A program made the translations under genes and the position numbers. The notes beneath the pieces are model-generated. The model was given only the letters and a program-made list of their open reading frames with translations, was not told where the DNA came from and made no database searches. Shown here piece after piece: positions 37,246 to 47,082 of a DNA stretch of 64,000 nt. Source of the DNA: Vulcanimicrobiota bacterium (GTDB lineage: Bacteria; Vulcanimicrobiota; Vulcanimicrobiia; Vulcanimicrobiales; Vulcanimicrobiaceae); assembly GCA_003135555.1 (NCBI GenBank), contig PLCF01000085.1, positions 32,001 to 96,000 of the forward strand. The letters run 5' to 3'. Every line of letters begins with the position of its first letter. Positions within the stretch are counted from its first letter, which is position 1.

Positions 37246-38727
37246 CTACGGGTGGGCCGCGGCGACCGCGTTCGCCGCGTTGAGCCGCCCCGCGCCCTGA
37301 CGCGTGCTCGAGACGCCGGCGATCGGGTCGGCGGTTTGCTGGAGCAGTTGCAACACGCGTGCCGGCGTGAGCGAGCGCGCTCCGCCGTGAAACGCCTCCA
37401 TCAGCGCGACCGTCCCGGCGACTTGCGGCGTGGCTTGCGAGGTGCCGTTGAACAGGACCCGGCAGACGCCGCCGCTGTTGGTGCAACGATCCGCCGGCAA
37501 CGCCGCGGTGGTGGTCGAATAGCCTTCGATCCAGTGCAGGACGTCGTTGTCGGAAGTCGATGACGCGTCGCCGCCCGGCGCGACGAGCGTCGGTCCGGAA
37601 TTGGAGTAGGACGCGACGGTTTCGGCGACGATCGAGGCATAGAGGTTCGCTGCCGCGTTTTGCACCCCCGACGCTCCGACCGCGACGACGCCGGGATAGG
37701 CGGCCGGAAAATCGGGCTGATTCCCGTCGGTTCCGGGAAAGTCGTTTCCGGCGGCCGCGACGACGACGACCCCTTGGGCGATCGCGAACGCGACGGCATC
37801 CGCTTCGGCCGGATCGTTGCCGCTGCTCTGCGGCGCGCCCAGGCTGAGGCTGATCACCGACGCGCCGTTCGCAACCGCGTCGCGGATGGCGAGCGCTTCG
37901 TCACCGGTGTCGGCGGTCTGACAGTCGCTCGTCGCGGTCGCCGGCGGGAACACCCGGTACGATTGCAGGTGGATCGTGTAGCCGACGCCGGCGAAGCCGT
38001 AGCCGTTGTTCGCGGTCGCCGTCGCGAGGCCGGAGACATTGGTGCCGTGACCGTTGGTGTCTTGCACCGATCCGGGCCCCGTCGCGCGCACCGAGTTGAC
38101 GACGCTCTCGCGCACGTCGAACGTGAGGTCGACGTTGGTCTCGTCGGCGCCGGTGTCGATCACTGCCACCGAGATGTCCGCGCGGCCATGCGTGAGCCCC
38201 CACGCCCCCGGATCGACGTTGGTCCGGGAGAGGTACCATTGGTCGACGTTGTCGAGCAGCGGATCGTTGGCCGACGCGTCGCCGAGCGCGACGCGCACGT
38301 GCAGCGGCTGCACGTCGAGAACGCCGGTGCTGCTCCGCAGCAGGCTCGCCGCCGCCGCGGCGTCGCTCCCCGGCGCGAGCGTGAGAATCCGGCGCGTGAG
38401 GCCGCCCTCGGTGCCTGCATCGACGGAGTCGCCGCCGCGCGCGATCGAATCGATGGTACGAGCCGCGTTCGCCGCGCTTGCACTGCGATACGTCACGTAC
38501 AGACGGTTGGGTGAGATCCACGAACTCGGGGTTCCCGATCCGCGGGCGATTCGTCCGACGGCATTCGGCTCGCGCGCCACGCTCGCACACGTCGACGGTG
38601 CCGCGGTCGGAGCGGGAGTAACCGGCGTCGGAGCCGCGCCGCTGCTGCCGCCGCCTCCGCAAGCGGACAGCACGAGCGCAGCGATGGCGATCGGTGTCGC
38701 TCGGGCGAAGGCGTCTACACGGAGCAT
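37246..38727 (-). CDS. S8 subtilisin-like serine protease, lipoprotein
   Basis: LSAC lipobox; VIDTG, HGTNVSG, AAAGN, GTSQATP. Confidence 0.93.
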   Translation of the reverse strand: MLRVDAFARATPIAIAALVLSACGGGGSSGAAPTPVTPAPTAAPSTCASVAREPNAVGRIARGSGTPSSWISPNRLYVTYRSASAANAARTIDSIARGGDSVDAGTEGGLTRRILTLAPGSDAAAAASLLRSSTGVLDVQPLHVRVALGDASANDPLLDNVDQWYLSRTNVDPGAWGLTHGRADISVAVIDTGADETNVDLTFDVRESVVNSVRATGPGSVQDTNGHGTNVSGLATATANNGYGFAGVGYTIHLQSYRVFPPATATSDCQTADTGDEALAIRDAVANGASVISLSLGAPQSSGNDPAEADAVAFAIAQGVVVVAAAGNDFPGTDGNQPDFPAAYPGVVAVGASGVQNAAANLYASIVAETVASYSNSGPTLVAPGGDASSTSDNDVLHWIEGYSTTTAALPADRCTNSGGVCRVLFNGTSQATPQVAGTVALMEAFHGGARSLTPARVLQLLQQTADPIAGVSSTRQGAGRLNAANAVAAAHP

Positions 38728-38839
38728 GCCGGCCGAGCGTAACGCGTATTTCTGAGGGGAGCGTGAGGTTTGTCGCGTGATCCTAGACACAGAAGGGGAC
38801 GCCTGCGGCGTCCCCTTCGCGGATGTTGCTGCCGCTCGG

Positions 38840-39256
38840 TTACTTCTTGCCGAGTTCGCCGCAGGTCACGTAGACCGGGATCTCTTTGGTCGACTTGTGG
38901 ACGTTGACCGCCAAGCCGCCGGCGACGAGCTGCGACATCGGCACGTCGAGCATCGTCGTCGACATCCCGTCGACGACCGTCGTGAGCGGATACTTCGGTT
39001 TGGGATCGAGCGTGGCGCAGCTGCCGGCGTGGACGTGCGCGGGTTGCGGCACGTCGGTCGGCGCGTTCGCGAGCGCGAGGTCGACGCGCGTCTTGTCGCC
39101 GACGGCGGTCAGCGTCACCGTGCCGAGCTCTCCCGAGCCGTTCTGCGCGGCCAGCGCAAAGATGCGGTGGGGGCCGTCGGCGGCGAGCGCGGGCAGCGCT
39201 ACGGCGAGGGCGGCGATTGCGGCGAGGCCGCCCAGAAAACGGGTGGTACGGATCAC
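38840..39256 (-). CDS. Secreted CHRD/SodC-like small protein
   Basis: Signal peptide, QPAHVHAGSC, AVNVHKS, TCG. Confidence 0.7.
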   Translation of the reverse strand: MIRTTRFLGGLAAIAALAVALPALAADGPHRIFALAAQNGSGELGTVTLTAVGDKTRVDLALANAPTDVPQPAHVHAGSCATLDPKPKYPLTTVVDGMSTTMLDVPMSQLVAGGLAVNVHKSTKEIPVYVTCGELGKK

Positions 39257-39351
39257 GGATACCTCCTAGCTAAGCTCCTTGGCAACTATAGCAAGCTCAT
39301 GATGAGAAAAGCATGAACCGCCTTAAACGCTCTTATCTGTTGCCGTGCCTT

Positions 39352-39384
39352 TGAGACGTTCCTGAGACGGCCTCCCGCTATGGT
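39352..39384 (+). promoter_or_regulatory. Heptamer direct repeat plus -10-like box
   Basis: TGAGACG at 39352 and 39363 (11-bp period), TATGGT at 39379. Confidence 0.55.
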
Positions 39385-39424
39385 CGCGGTGGCGGGTTCC
39401 TTTTCCGACACCGAGGAGGCTCTC

Positions 39425-39616
39425 ATGGCCGTATCCGTCCGTAAGTACGTCGACTGCCGCGAATTTCCCAGCGAGAACAACTGCTCGCTCAAGATCTCCG
39501 GGACCGAGGAAGAAGTGCTGGCCGCGGCGTCCCAGCACGCCGTTGCAAGCCACGGTCACCAGGCCGGCCCCGAGCTCACCGAGATGCTGCGCTCGGGCCT
39601 GCGCGAGGAACGCTGA
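39425..39616 (+). CDS. DUF1059-like small metal-binding protein
   Basis: DCREFPSENNC...EEEV...HAVASHG; GGAGG RBS. Confidence 0.85.
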   Translation: MAVSVRKYVDCREFPSENNCSLKISGTEEEVLAAASQHAVASHGHQAGPELTEMLRSGLREER

Positions 39617-40698
39617 TGGCCGCGGCAACGACGGCGCCCGCGCCTCTGGATGAGGCCAAGCTCAACGCGTTCGTCGGCAAGATGGTCGGCGATGTCGGCG
39701 CGACGCTGACCGGCGCCCTCGTCATCATCGGCGACCGTTTGGGCTTGTACCGCGCGCTGGCCGAGCAGGGACCGCTCACGTCCGAGGCGCTCGCGCAGAG
39801 CACCGGAACGCACGAGCGCTACGTGCGCGAGTGGCTGGCGAATCAAGCCGCCAGCGGTTACCTGGAGTACGACCCGGCGACGCGGCAATTCACCCTGCCT
39901 CCCGAGCACCAGCCGGTGCTCGCCGACGAGACGAGCCCGGTCATGTTGTGCGGGCTCTATCAAATCGCGCAGACGCTCTACGCCGACGAGCCCGCGATCA
40001 CCGACGCGTTCAAGAGCGGTCGCGGCTTCGGCTGGCACGAACACGACTCGCGGCTGTTCGCGGCGACCGAGCGGTTTTTCCGGCCGGGATACAACGCGCA
40101 TCTCGTCGCGGATTGGATCCCGGCGCTCGACGGCGTCGAGGCCAAGCTACGCGCCGGCGCCTCAGTCGCCGACGTGGGCTGCGGGCTGGGCACCTCGACG
40201 ATCGTGATGGCCAAGGCCTTCCCGGCGTCGAAATTCGTCGGCTTCGACTATCACGACGGCTCGATCGCGGCGGCGCGCCGCTCCGCCGAGCGCGCCGGCG
40301 TCGGCGACCGCGTGCGCTTCGAGGTCGCGTCGGCGCAAACGTTCCCCGGCAGCGGCTTCGACTTCATCACCTGCTTCGATTGCGTCCACGACATGGGCGA
40401 TCCGGTCGGCGCGGCGGCGCACATGCGCGCGGCGCTCAAGCCGGACGGCACGTTCATGATGGTCGAACCGTTCGCCAACGACAAGCTCGAAGACAACCTC
40501 AACCCGGTCGGACGCGTCTACTATGCCGCCTCGACCATCTTGTGTACCCCCTCGTCGCTCGCGCAAGAAGTCGGGCTCGGCCTGGGCGCGCAGGCCGGCG
40601 AGGAACGCATGCGGGCCGTCTTCACCCAAGCCGGGTTCACGCAGTTCCGGCGCGCGACCGAAACCCCGTTCAATCTGGTCTTCGAGGCGCGCCCCTAA
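39616..40698 (+). CDS. Class I SAM methyltransferase with N-terminal wHTH (Rv2258c-like)
   Basis: IGDRLGLY, ERYVREWL, DVGCGLG, FDCVHDM, GLGAQAG. Confidence 0.92.
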   Translation: MAAATTAPAPLDEAKLNAFVGKMVGDVGATLTGALVIIGDRLGLYRALAEQGPLTSEALAQSTGTHERYVREWLANQAASGYLEYDPATRQFTLPPEHQPVLADETSPVMLCGLYQIAQTLYADEPAITDAFKSGRGFGWHEHDSRLFAATERFFRPGYNAHLVADWIPALDGVEAKLRAGASVADVGCGLGTSTIVMAKAFPASKFVGFDYHDGSIAAARRSAERAGVGDRVRFEVASAQTFPGSGFDFITCFDCVHDMGDPVGAAAHMRAALKPDGTFMMVEPFANDKLEDNLNPVGRVYYAASTILCTPSSLAQEVGLGLGAQAGEERMRAVFTQAGFTQFRRATETPFNLVFEARP

Positions 40699-40710
40699 CC
40701 TGCCGGTCCG

Positions 40711-43700
40711 TTAGGTCGCTGCCGAGACCGCTTCCGCGACCGCGCGGTTGAACGGCAGCGCCAGATACGCCGCGCGCGTGGCCGCATCGTCGATTGCGGT
40801 CGCGCGTGCGCGCATCACCGAGTTCGCCTGTCGCAACAGCGTGCGCGCCGCGCTGCTGCGGTCGCAGGCGAGCTCGACCTGCGCCGCCGCCCAGAGCCAC
40901 TCGGTCGGCTGCGGCGCCAACTTCGGATTGGTCGCGTAGAGCGTCATGAGCTCGCCCGCGGTGCGCCGCGCGGCGTCTCGATCGCCGGCGCGCACGTAGG
41001 CCTCGGCGAGCGCGCACAGGTTGTCGCCCAACCGCGGCGTCTCACCGGCCGGCCGGCGCAATTCGACCGCGCGGCTGAGGTGCGCGATCGCGTCGGCGTG
41101 CTCGCCCAGCCCGCTCTCCGCGGCGCCGAGCGTCCCCAGGGCGGCCGACTCGAGGTGCTGGGAGTTGATCGCGCGTGCCAGCACCAGCGCTTGGGCCGCG
41201 CAGTCCTTGGCTTGGTCGAGCTCGCCGCGCAGCCGCCGGCAGTAGCTCGAGTCGATGCGCTCGACGCAGGCCACGAACCGCGACCCGATCTCGCCGGCGA
41301 GCTCGCGCGCCCGCGCGTAGAAGTCGATCGCGCGGTCGAGCAGGCCCAGCTCGGTGTGAAACAGGCCGAGGTCGACGAAGATGCTGGCCAATCCGACGCG
41401 GTGTCCGATGCGCTCGTAGATCTCGAGCGCGCGGACGTAGTACGCGTCGGCGTCGGCGACGCGGAACGTGTACACCAGCCCGTTGGCCATCGTGTGCAGC
41501 GCCAGCGCCTCGCCTTCGCGGTCGCCGATCGCGTGGCTGACCTCGTGCGCCTCGGCCGCGAATCGCGACATCGCCGCATAGTCCTGCTGCGCGAGCGCGG
41601 CCCGCGAGAACGCGATGAGCGTCCGCACCAGCGCGCCTTGGTCGCCGTCGGATTGCACCGCGGCGCGCAGCTCGTCCAGCGCGCGGTACGCCTCGTCGAG
41701 CCGGCCTTCGTAGATATAGGTGTCGGCCAAGGCCAGACGCGCGTTGGCGTGCGCGCTGCGGTCGCCGCTGCGCTCGGTGAGCTCGATCAGCTCGCCGAAC
41801 GCCGCGCGCGCCGCGGCGAAGTCGTTGATCGCGCGCCGGTACCGTGCCTCGGCCTCGAGCCAAGCGCCCAGCCGCCGCACGTCGCCCGAGCGGCGCACGC
41901 GCCGTCGCAGCAACGCCAACAAAATGCGCTCGCGCCGCCGGTCGCTGGTGACGTTCGCCAGCGCGATGCGCCGCTCCAGAACGGTGCAAACGGCATCCTC
42001 GTCGTCGATCGCCGCGGCCAGCTGCGCCAGCTCGTCGGCGATGCGCCCCTGCAATTCACGATCGCCGTCGGCCGCGGCGATCCGTTCGCGCAGCAGCAGC
42101 GCCTCGAAGCGCAAACGGCGCGAGGTGCTCAGCGCCAGCACGCGCGCGAGGTGGCGCCCCGCGTCGGCGTTGCCGTAGACCTCGAGCGCGCGCCGTGCCG
42201 CGGCAAGATAGTGCTCCGCGGCGATCTCGGGCTCGCCGCCGCGATCCCAATGCAGCGCCAGCTCGGCCGCGACGTCGTCGCGCCGGTCCGCGTAGAGCGT
42301 CGCCATCACGTGCGCGACGCGGCGGTGCCGGCGCGCGCGCGCGGCGGGTGCGACGTTCTCGTACACCAGCGCCTGGATCAGGTGGTGGCTGAACGCGTAG
42401 TCGAAGCCGCTGCGCGTGCCGCGCTCGGCGACGATGCGGCGATCGATCAGCTCGCCCAGCGCGTCGAGCACGGCAGCTTCGAGCCAACCGGTCGTCTCGC
42501 GCAAGAGCTCGACGTCGAAGCCGCGGCCGATGACCGCCGACACCTCCGCCAACGTCTTCGCCGCGTCGCCCAGCCGGGCCAGACGTGCGGTCAGCACGCT
42601 GCGCAGCGCCGGGGGTACGCCGCCCGCGGGCTCGTCGAGCGACCAGCGGCCGGAGCTGTCGTGCAGCCGTCCGGACTCGCCGAGGTCGCGCAAGATCTCT
42701 TCGAGGAAGAACGGGTTCCCGTCGCTGCGGTCGTGCAGCGTGCGCGCCAGCTCGACCGGATCATCGACCTCGCCGAGCGCGCGAACGAGCGCCTCGACGT
42801 GCTCGCGACCGAGCCGCGCCAGCGCCACGTGCGACGCGGCCCCTTCGCGTTCGAGGTGCCGCCGCAAGGCGCGCAGCTGATGCGCCGGTTCGAGCTCGTC
42901 TTCGCGGTAAGTGGCGACGAGCAGCACGCGGCTGCGCACGCAGCCGCGTGACAGGTGCTCGAGCAAGCTCAGCGTCGCGGCGCCGGCCCAGTGGACGTCC
43001 TCGATGACCAGCACCACCGGCCGGCGCGTCGCGATCGCTTCCCACACCCTGGTGCAGGCCTCGAACAGGCGCAGACGCTCGCGCTCGGGATCGACGGCCG
43101 GCAACGCCGGTACGTCACGCGCGTGCGCGCCGATCGACGGAGCCAACGCCGCGAGCGCGCCCAGCCACAACGGATCGACCGCGACGCCGGCAGTCAACGG
43201 CGCGACGACTCGCAACAATCCCACGAAGGGCTCGTAGGGGATCGTCTCGGGGAAGGTCGTTCCGGCGCCGTACGTCTGCGCGCCGTGCGCCTCGCACTCC
43301 GCCGTGAACTCGCGCACGAGGCGCGTCTTGCCGATCCCGGCCTCGCCACCGACGAGCACCAAACCGCCGTGGCCCGCCGCTGCGGCCTCCCAGCGCTCGC
43401 GCAGGGCGGCCAGCTCTGCGGCGCGTCCGACGAACGGCAACGACGAGATCGTCGCGCCCGGGCTGCGCAGCAACGGCCCTGGCGCCGGCGCGGGCGCCGG
43501 AGCGGCGTCGCGCGCGATCGCTTCGTACACCGCGAGCGTCTCAGCCATCGGGTCGGTTCCCAGCTCGTCGCGCAACGCCTGGGCGAAGCGCTCGTACTCC
43601 GCCAACGCGCCGGCCCGATCGCCGGCTTCGTGGTGCAAGCGGATCAGCGTGCGCAGCACGTCCTCGCGCCACGGATCGTGCGCGAGCAGGCGCACCGCGG

Positions 43701-44208
43701 CGGCGATCGCCGGCGCGTAGTCGCGCGCCGCGCTCAAGCGCGCGATCAGCGTGCCGAGCGTTTGCAGGTACAGCGCGCGCAAACGGGCGCGTTCCGCGTC
43801 GAGCCACTCGTCGTCGACGTCCGCAAGCAGGTCGCCGGCATAGAGTGCGACCGCATCCGCGAGGCGCTGCGGGATCGCCGCGAGGTGCTCGAACTCGGCC
43901 ACGTCGAGCCACAGATCGGCGCGCGGATTCCACTGCAACTGGCCGGCCGATGCCAGCACCCAGGGCTCGACTGCGGCCGGCGGCAACACGGCCTGCAGGT
44001 AGTTGAGGTGACGGCGCAGGTTGGCCCGCGCTTCGTCTTCGCCATCGTCGGGCCACAGGGCGTACGCGACCGCGCGGCGCGGCATCGGCGCCCGCCGGTG
44101 CACGAGCAAGTATGCCAGCAGCGGCACGACCTTGGGCCGACCGGCGACGGAGAGCGGGTCGTCGTCGAGCAACAACCGCGGACGCCCGAACAGGTGAACC
44201 CGCAGCAT
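40711..44208 (-). CDS. SARP/BTAD transcriptional regulator with AAA ATPase and TPR repeats
   Basis: N-terminal wHTH and BTAD (DPWRE), GEAGIGKT, IEDVHW, GNPFFLEE, TPR-like C-terminus. Confidence 0.92.
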   Translation of the reverse strand: MLRVHLFGRPRLLLDDDPLSVAGRPKVVPLLAYLLVHRRAPMPRRAVAYALWPDDGEDEARANLRRHLNYLQAVLPPAAVEPWVLASAGQLQWNPRADLWLDVAEFEHLAAIPQRLADAVALYAGDLLADVDDEWLDAERARLRALYLQTLGTLIARLSAARDYAPAIAAAVRLLAHDPWREDVLRTLIRLHHEAGDRAGALAEYERFAQALRDELGTDPMAETLAVYEAIARDAAPAPAPAPGPLLRSPGATISSLPFVGRAAELAALRERWEAAAAGHGGLVLVGGEAGIGKTRLVREFTAECEAHGAQTYGAGTTFPETIPYEPFVGLLRVVAPLTAGVAVDPLWLGALAALAPSIGAHARDVPALPAVDPERERLRLFEACTRVWEAIATRRPVVLVIEDVHWAGAATLSLLEHLSRGCVRSRVLLVATYREDELEPAHQLRALRRHLEREGAASHVALARLGREHVEALVRALGEVDDPVELARTLHDRSDGNPFFLEEILRDLGESGRLHDSSGRWSLDEPAGGVPPALRSVLTARLARLGDAAKTLAEVSAVIGRGFDVELLRETTGWLEAAVLDALGELIDRRIVAERGTRSGFDYAFSHHLIQALVYENVAPAARARRHRRVAHVMATLYADRRDDVAAELALHWDRGGEPEIAAEHYLAAARRALEVYGNADAGRHLARVLALSTSRRLRFEALLLRERIAAADGDRELQGRIADELAQLAAAIDDEDAVCTVLERRIALANVTSDRRRERILLALLRRRVRRSGDVRRLGAWLEAEARYRRAINDFAAARAAFGELIELTERSGDRSAHANARLALADTYIYEGRLDEAYRALDELRAAVQSDGDQGALVRTLIAFSRAALAQQDYAAMSRFAAEAHEVSHAIGDREGEALALHTMANGLVYTFRVADADAYYVRALEIYERIGHRVGLASIFVDLGLFHTELGLLDRAIDFYARARELAGEIGSRFVACVERIDSSYCRRLRGELDQAKDCAAQALVLARAINSQHLESAALGTLGAAESGLGEHADAIAHLSRAVELRRPAGETPRLGDNLCALAEAYVRAGDRDAARRTAGELMTLYATNPKLAPQPTEWLWAAAQVELACDRSSAARTLLRQANSVMRARATAIDDAATRAAYLALPFNRAVAEAVSAAT

Positions 44209-44260
44209 GAGCACGCATTAGCCGGGCCGCCGCGCTTCCCTGGCGAAGGTTCGAAGCACC

Positions 44261-45181
44261 GTGGAGCAAGCGATCGTCGTCGAGCAGCTCGTAAAGCGCT
44301 ACGGCAAGCTCACCGCGGTCGACGGGATCAGCTTCGCGGTCCCGCGCGGAACGATCTTTGGGTTGCTGGGCCGCAACGGTGCCGGAAAAACGACCACGCT
44401 CGAATGCTGCATCGGCATCGGGCAACCCGCGTCGGGATCGGTGCGCGTGCTGGGCCTCGATCCGACGCGGCCGCGCGACCTGGCGCGGCTGCGCCCGCGC
44501 ATCGGCGTCCAGCTGCAAACCACGTCCTTGCCCGAGAAGGCCAACGTGCGCGAAGTGCTCGAGCTCTACGCCGCCTACTACGGGATTCGCACGCAGCCGC
44601 AAGCGATGGCCGCGCGCGTGGGGCTGGACGGGAAGCTGGACCGCCAGGTCGGCCAGATGTCGGGCGGGGAACAACAGCGCCTGGCGCTGGCGCTGGCCTT
44701 GCAGCACGATCCCGAAGTGCTGTTTCTCGACGAACCCAGCGCCGGGATGGACGCGTTCGGCCGGCGCATCCTCTTCGCCGAGGTCGAGCGGCTCAGAGCC
44801 GCGGGGAAGACGATCGTTCTCACGACGCACTACATCGAGGAAGCCGAGCGGTTGAGCGATCGCATCTGCATGATTCAGCGCGGTCGCATCGTCGCGCAGG
44901 CGACCGCGGCGGAGTTGGTGGCGCAATTCGGCGGCGACGCGACCGTCTCGATCGTCGCCGACGGGTTCGCGCCCGCCGCGCTGGACGGCCTCGGTACCTG
45001 GACGCAAACCGGCGGGCAGTGGAACCTCGCGACGCGCGGCGAGCCCGGGCTCGCGCTGGCGGCGATCGTGACGCAAGCCAACGCGATGGGGGCCAAGATC
45101 GCATCGCTCGACCTGCACCGCCCGACGCTGGAGGACGCGTTCGTCGCCATCACCGGCGAGACGCTCGCGGAGACCGAATGA
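44261..45181 (+). CDS. ABC transporter ATP-binding protein
   Basis: GRNGAGKT, MSGGEQQR, FLDEP, TTH. Confidence 0.95.
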   Translation: MEQAIVVEQLVKRYGKLTAVDGISFAVPRGTIFGLLGRNGAGKTTTLECCIGIGQPASGSVRVLGLDPTRPRDLARLRPRIGVQLQTTSLPEKANVREVLELYAAYYGIRTQPQAMAARVGLDGKLDRQVGQMSGGEQQRLALALALQHDPEVLFLDEPSAGMDAFGRRILFAEVERLRAAGKTIVLTTHYIEEAERLSDRICMIQRGRIVAQATAAELVAQFGGDATVSIVADGFAPAALDGLGTWTQTGGQWNLATRGEPGLALAAIVTQANAMGAKIASLDLHRPTLEDAFVAITGETLAETE

Positions 45182-45921
45182 CGCTGCTGCGAATGTTTGC
45201 GGTCCAGACGAAGATGCACTTCGTGTGGTACTTCCGGCGCGACGGCGAGATGATGTTCTGGACGCTCGCGATGCCGGTGTTCTTCTTGGTCTTGTTCTCG
45301 TTCGCGTTCTCCGACGGGCCCAACGCCCGCTCGTCGTCGTTTCTGGTCCCGGGGATCATCGGCGCGCAGGTCCTCAGCTCCGGATTTTGGGGCGTCGGCG
45401 TGATGCTCGCCACGTTCCGCGAGAAGCACCTGTTGCGGCGGGTGTATCTGACGCCGATGCCGCCGTGGGTGTTCTTCGCGTCGCTGGTGACCTACCGGAT
45501 CGCGCTGCTGGCGACGCAGGCGATCATCCTGATCGCCGCCGGCGGCCTCATCTTCCACGTCCGCATCACCGGTAACCCGCTCGAGATCCTCGCCATCCTG
45601 GTGCTCGGCACCGCGACGTTCGTCTCGCTCGGCACGATCATCGGCGCGCTCGCGCGCACGACCGAGAGCGCGAACAATATCGCCTCGGTGTTGACGGTTC
45701 CGCTGGCGTTTCTGTCCGACGCGTACGTTCCGATCGACCGCTTTCCGCACGCCGTTGCGGCGACGCTGCGGCTGCTGCCGTCGACGCAGTTCATCGACAC
45801 GTTTCGCGACGTCGCGATCGGCGGCGCCGCGTTGTCGCACTACGGCGCGTGGCTGGCCGTGCTGGGCCTGTGGACGTTCGCGGGGATGGCGATCAGCGCG
45901 CGCACTTTTCGATGGGTCTAG
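45178..45921 (+). CDS. ABC-2 type permease
   Basis: About 6 TM segments, LRRVYLTP, YVPIDRFP; ATGA overlap. Confidence 0.9.
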   Translation: MTLLRMFAVQTKMHFVWYFRRDGEMMFWTLAMPVFFLVLFSFAFSDGPNARSSSFLVPGIIGAQVLSSGFWGVGVMLATFREKHLLRRVYLTPMPPWVFFASLVTYRIALLATQAIILIAAGGLIFHVRITGNPLEILAILVLGTATFVSLGTIIGALARTTESANNIASVLTVPLAFLSDAYVPIDRFPHAVAATLRLLPSTQFIDTFRDVAIGGAALSHYGAWLAVLGLWTFAGMAISARTFRWV

Positions 45922-47078
45922 CCGCCGGCGTCGTCGTCGTCGGCGGTGGGGTGATCGGTGCCAGCGTCGCCTATCACTTGGCGGCGCGCGGTGCGGACGA
46001 CGTCCTCGTGCTGGATCGCGCGCGCGGCCCGGGTGCGGGCAGCACGGGACGCGCGACCGGCGGCTTCCGGGTGCAGTTCTCGACCGCCGTCAACGTGCGG
46101 CTCTCGTTGCTCGCGCGCGCGCAGCTCGAGCGCTTCGCCGCGGAGGTCGGCGGCGATTGCGGGTATCGCCCGGCGGGCTATCTCTGGATCGCGGAGACGG
46201 ACGCGCAGCTCGCTTCCCTCCGCGCGGCGCTCGCCGTGCAACGTGGCGCCGGCGTCGAGGACGCGGTCGAAGTCGACGCGCGGACGATCGCGACGCTCAA
46301 TCCCGCGCTGCAAATCGCCGGGATCGCCGGTGGAACCTATTGCCCCAGCGACGGCTTCATCCGGCCCCTGCAGATCCTCGACGGCTATCGGCTCGCGGCG
46401 CAGCGCCGCGGTGTGCGGTTCGACTGGGAAGCCGAGGTCGTGGGATTTCGGCGCGCGTCCGGCGGGGAGATCGTGGCGGTGCAAACGCCGCACGGCGAGA
46501 TCGCGACCGGAGCCGTGGTCAACGCCGCCGGAGCGTGGGCCGGCGGCGTGGCGCAGCTCGCCGGCGTCGACCTTCCGGTCACACCGCTGCGCCGTCAGGT
46601 TGCCGTCACGGTACCGACCGCCGTGCTGCCCGTTGCGATGCCGATGACGCTCTACGCCGGCGACGGCTTTCACCTGCGCGAACGCGATGGGCGCGTGCTG
46701 CTGTTGCTGCCGGCGTCCGGCGCTGCGGATCCGTTCGACGACGCGGTCGACCCGGCGTGGATCGATGCCGTGGTCGCGCTGGCGCGGCGCCGGGTCCCGG
46801 CATTAGCCGCCGTGCCGATCGACCGCGCGGCATGCTGGGCCGGGCTCTACGAGATGTCGCCCGACGGGAACGCGATCCTCGGCGCCCTGCCCGCGGTGCC
46901 GAATCTGTTTCACGCCGCCGGCGCGTCGGGGCACGGTGTGATGCATGCGCCGGCGCTGGGACGACTGCTCGCGGAGATCGTGCTCGACGGCGCGGCGTCG
47001 TCGCTCGCCGACGTCTCGGCGCTGCGCCCCGACCGCTTCGACGCCGCGCGCGCGCCGGCGCAGATCGACCGGCTATGA
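45912..47078 (+). CDS. FAD-dependent oxidoreductase (DAO/sarcosine oxidase beta-like)
   Basis: VVGGGVIG, GSTGRATG, VNAAGAW, SGHGVM. Confidence 0.92.
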   Translation: MGLAAGVVVVGGGVIGASVAYHLAARGADDVLVLDRARGPGAGSTGRATGGFRVQFSTAVNVRLSLLARAQLERFAAEVGGDCGYRPAGYLWIAETDAQLASLRAALAVQRGAGVEDAVEVDARTIATLNPALQIAGIAGGTYCPSDGFIRPLQILDGYRLAAQRRGVRFDWEAEVVGFRRASGGEIVAVQTPHGEIATGAVVNAAGAWAGGVAQLAGVDLPVTPLRRQVAVTVPTAVLPVAMPMTLYAGDGFHLRERDGRVLLLLPASGAADPFDDAVDPAWIDAVVALARRRVPALAAVPIDRAACWAGLYEMSPDGNAILGALPAVPNLFHAAGASGHGVMHAPALGRLLAEIVLDGAASSLADVSALRPDRFDAARAPAQIDRL

Positions 47079-47082
47079 GCGC

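Noticed and set aside
42955..45921. 988-aa ORF as a single protein
   Set aside because: Only the part from 45178 is the permease; the rest shadows the SARP and ABC ATPase genes.
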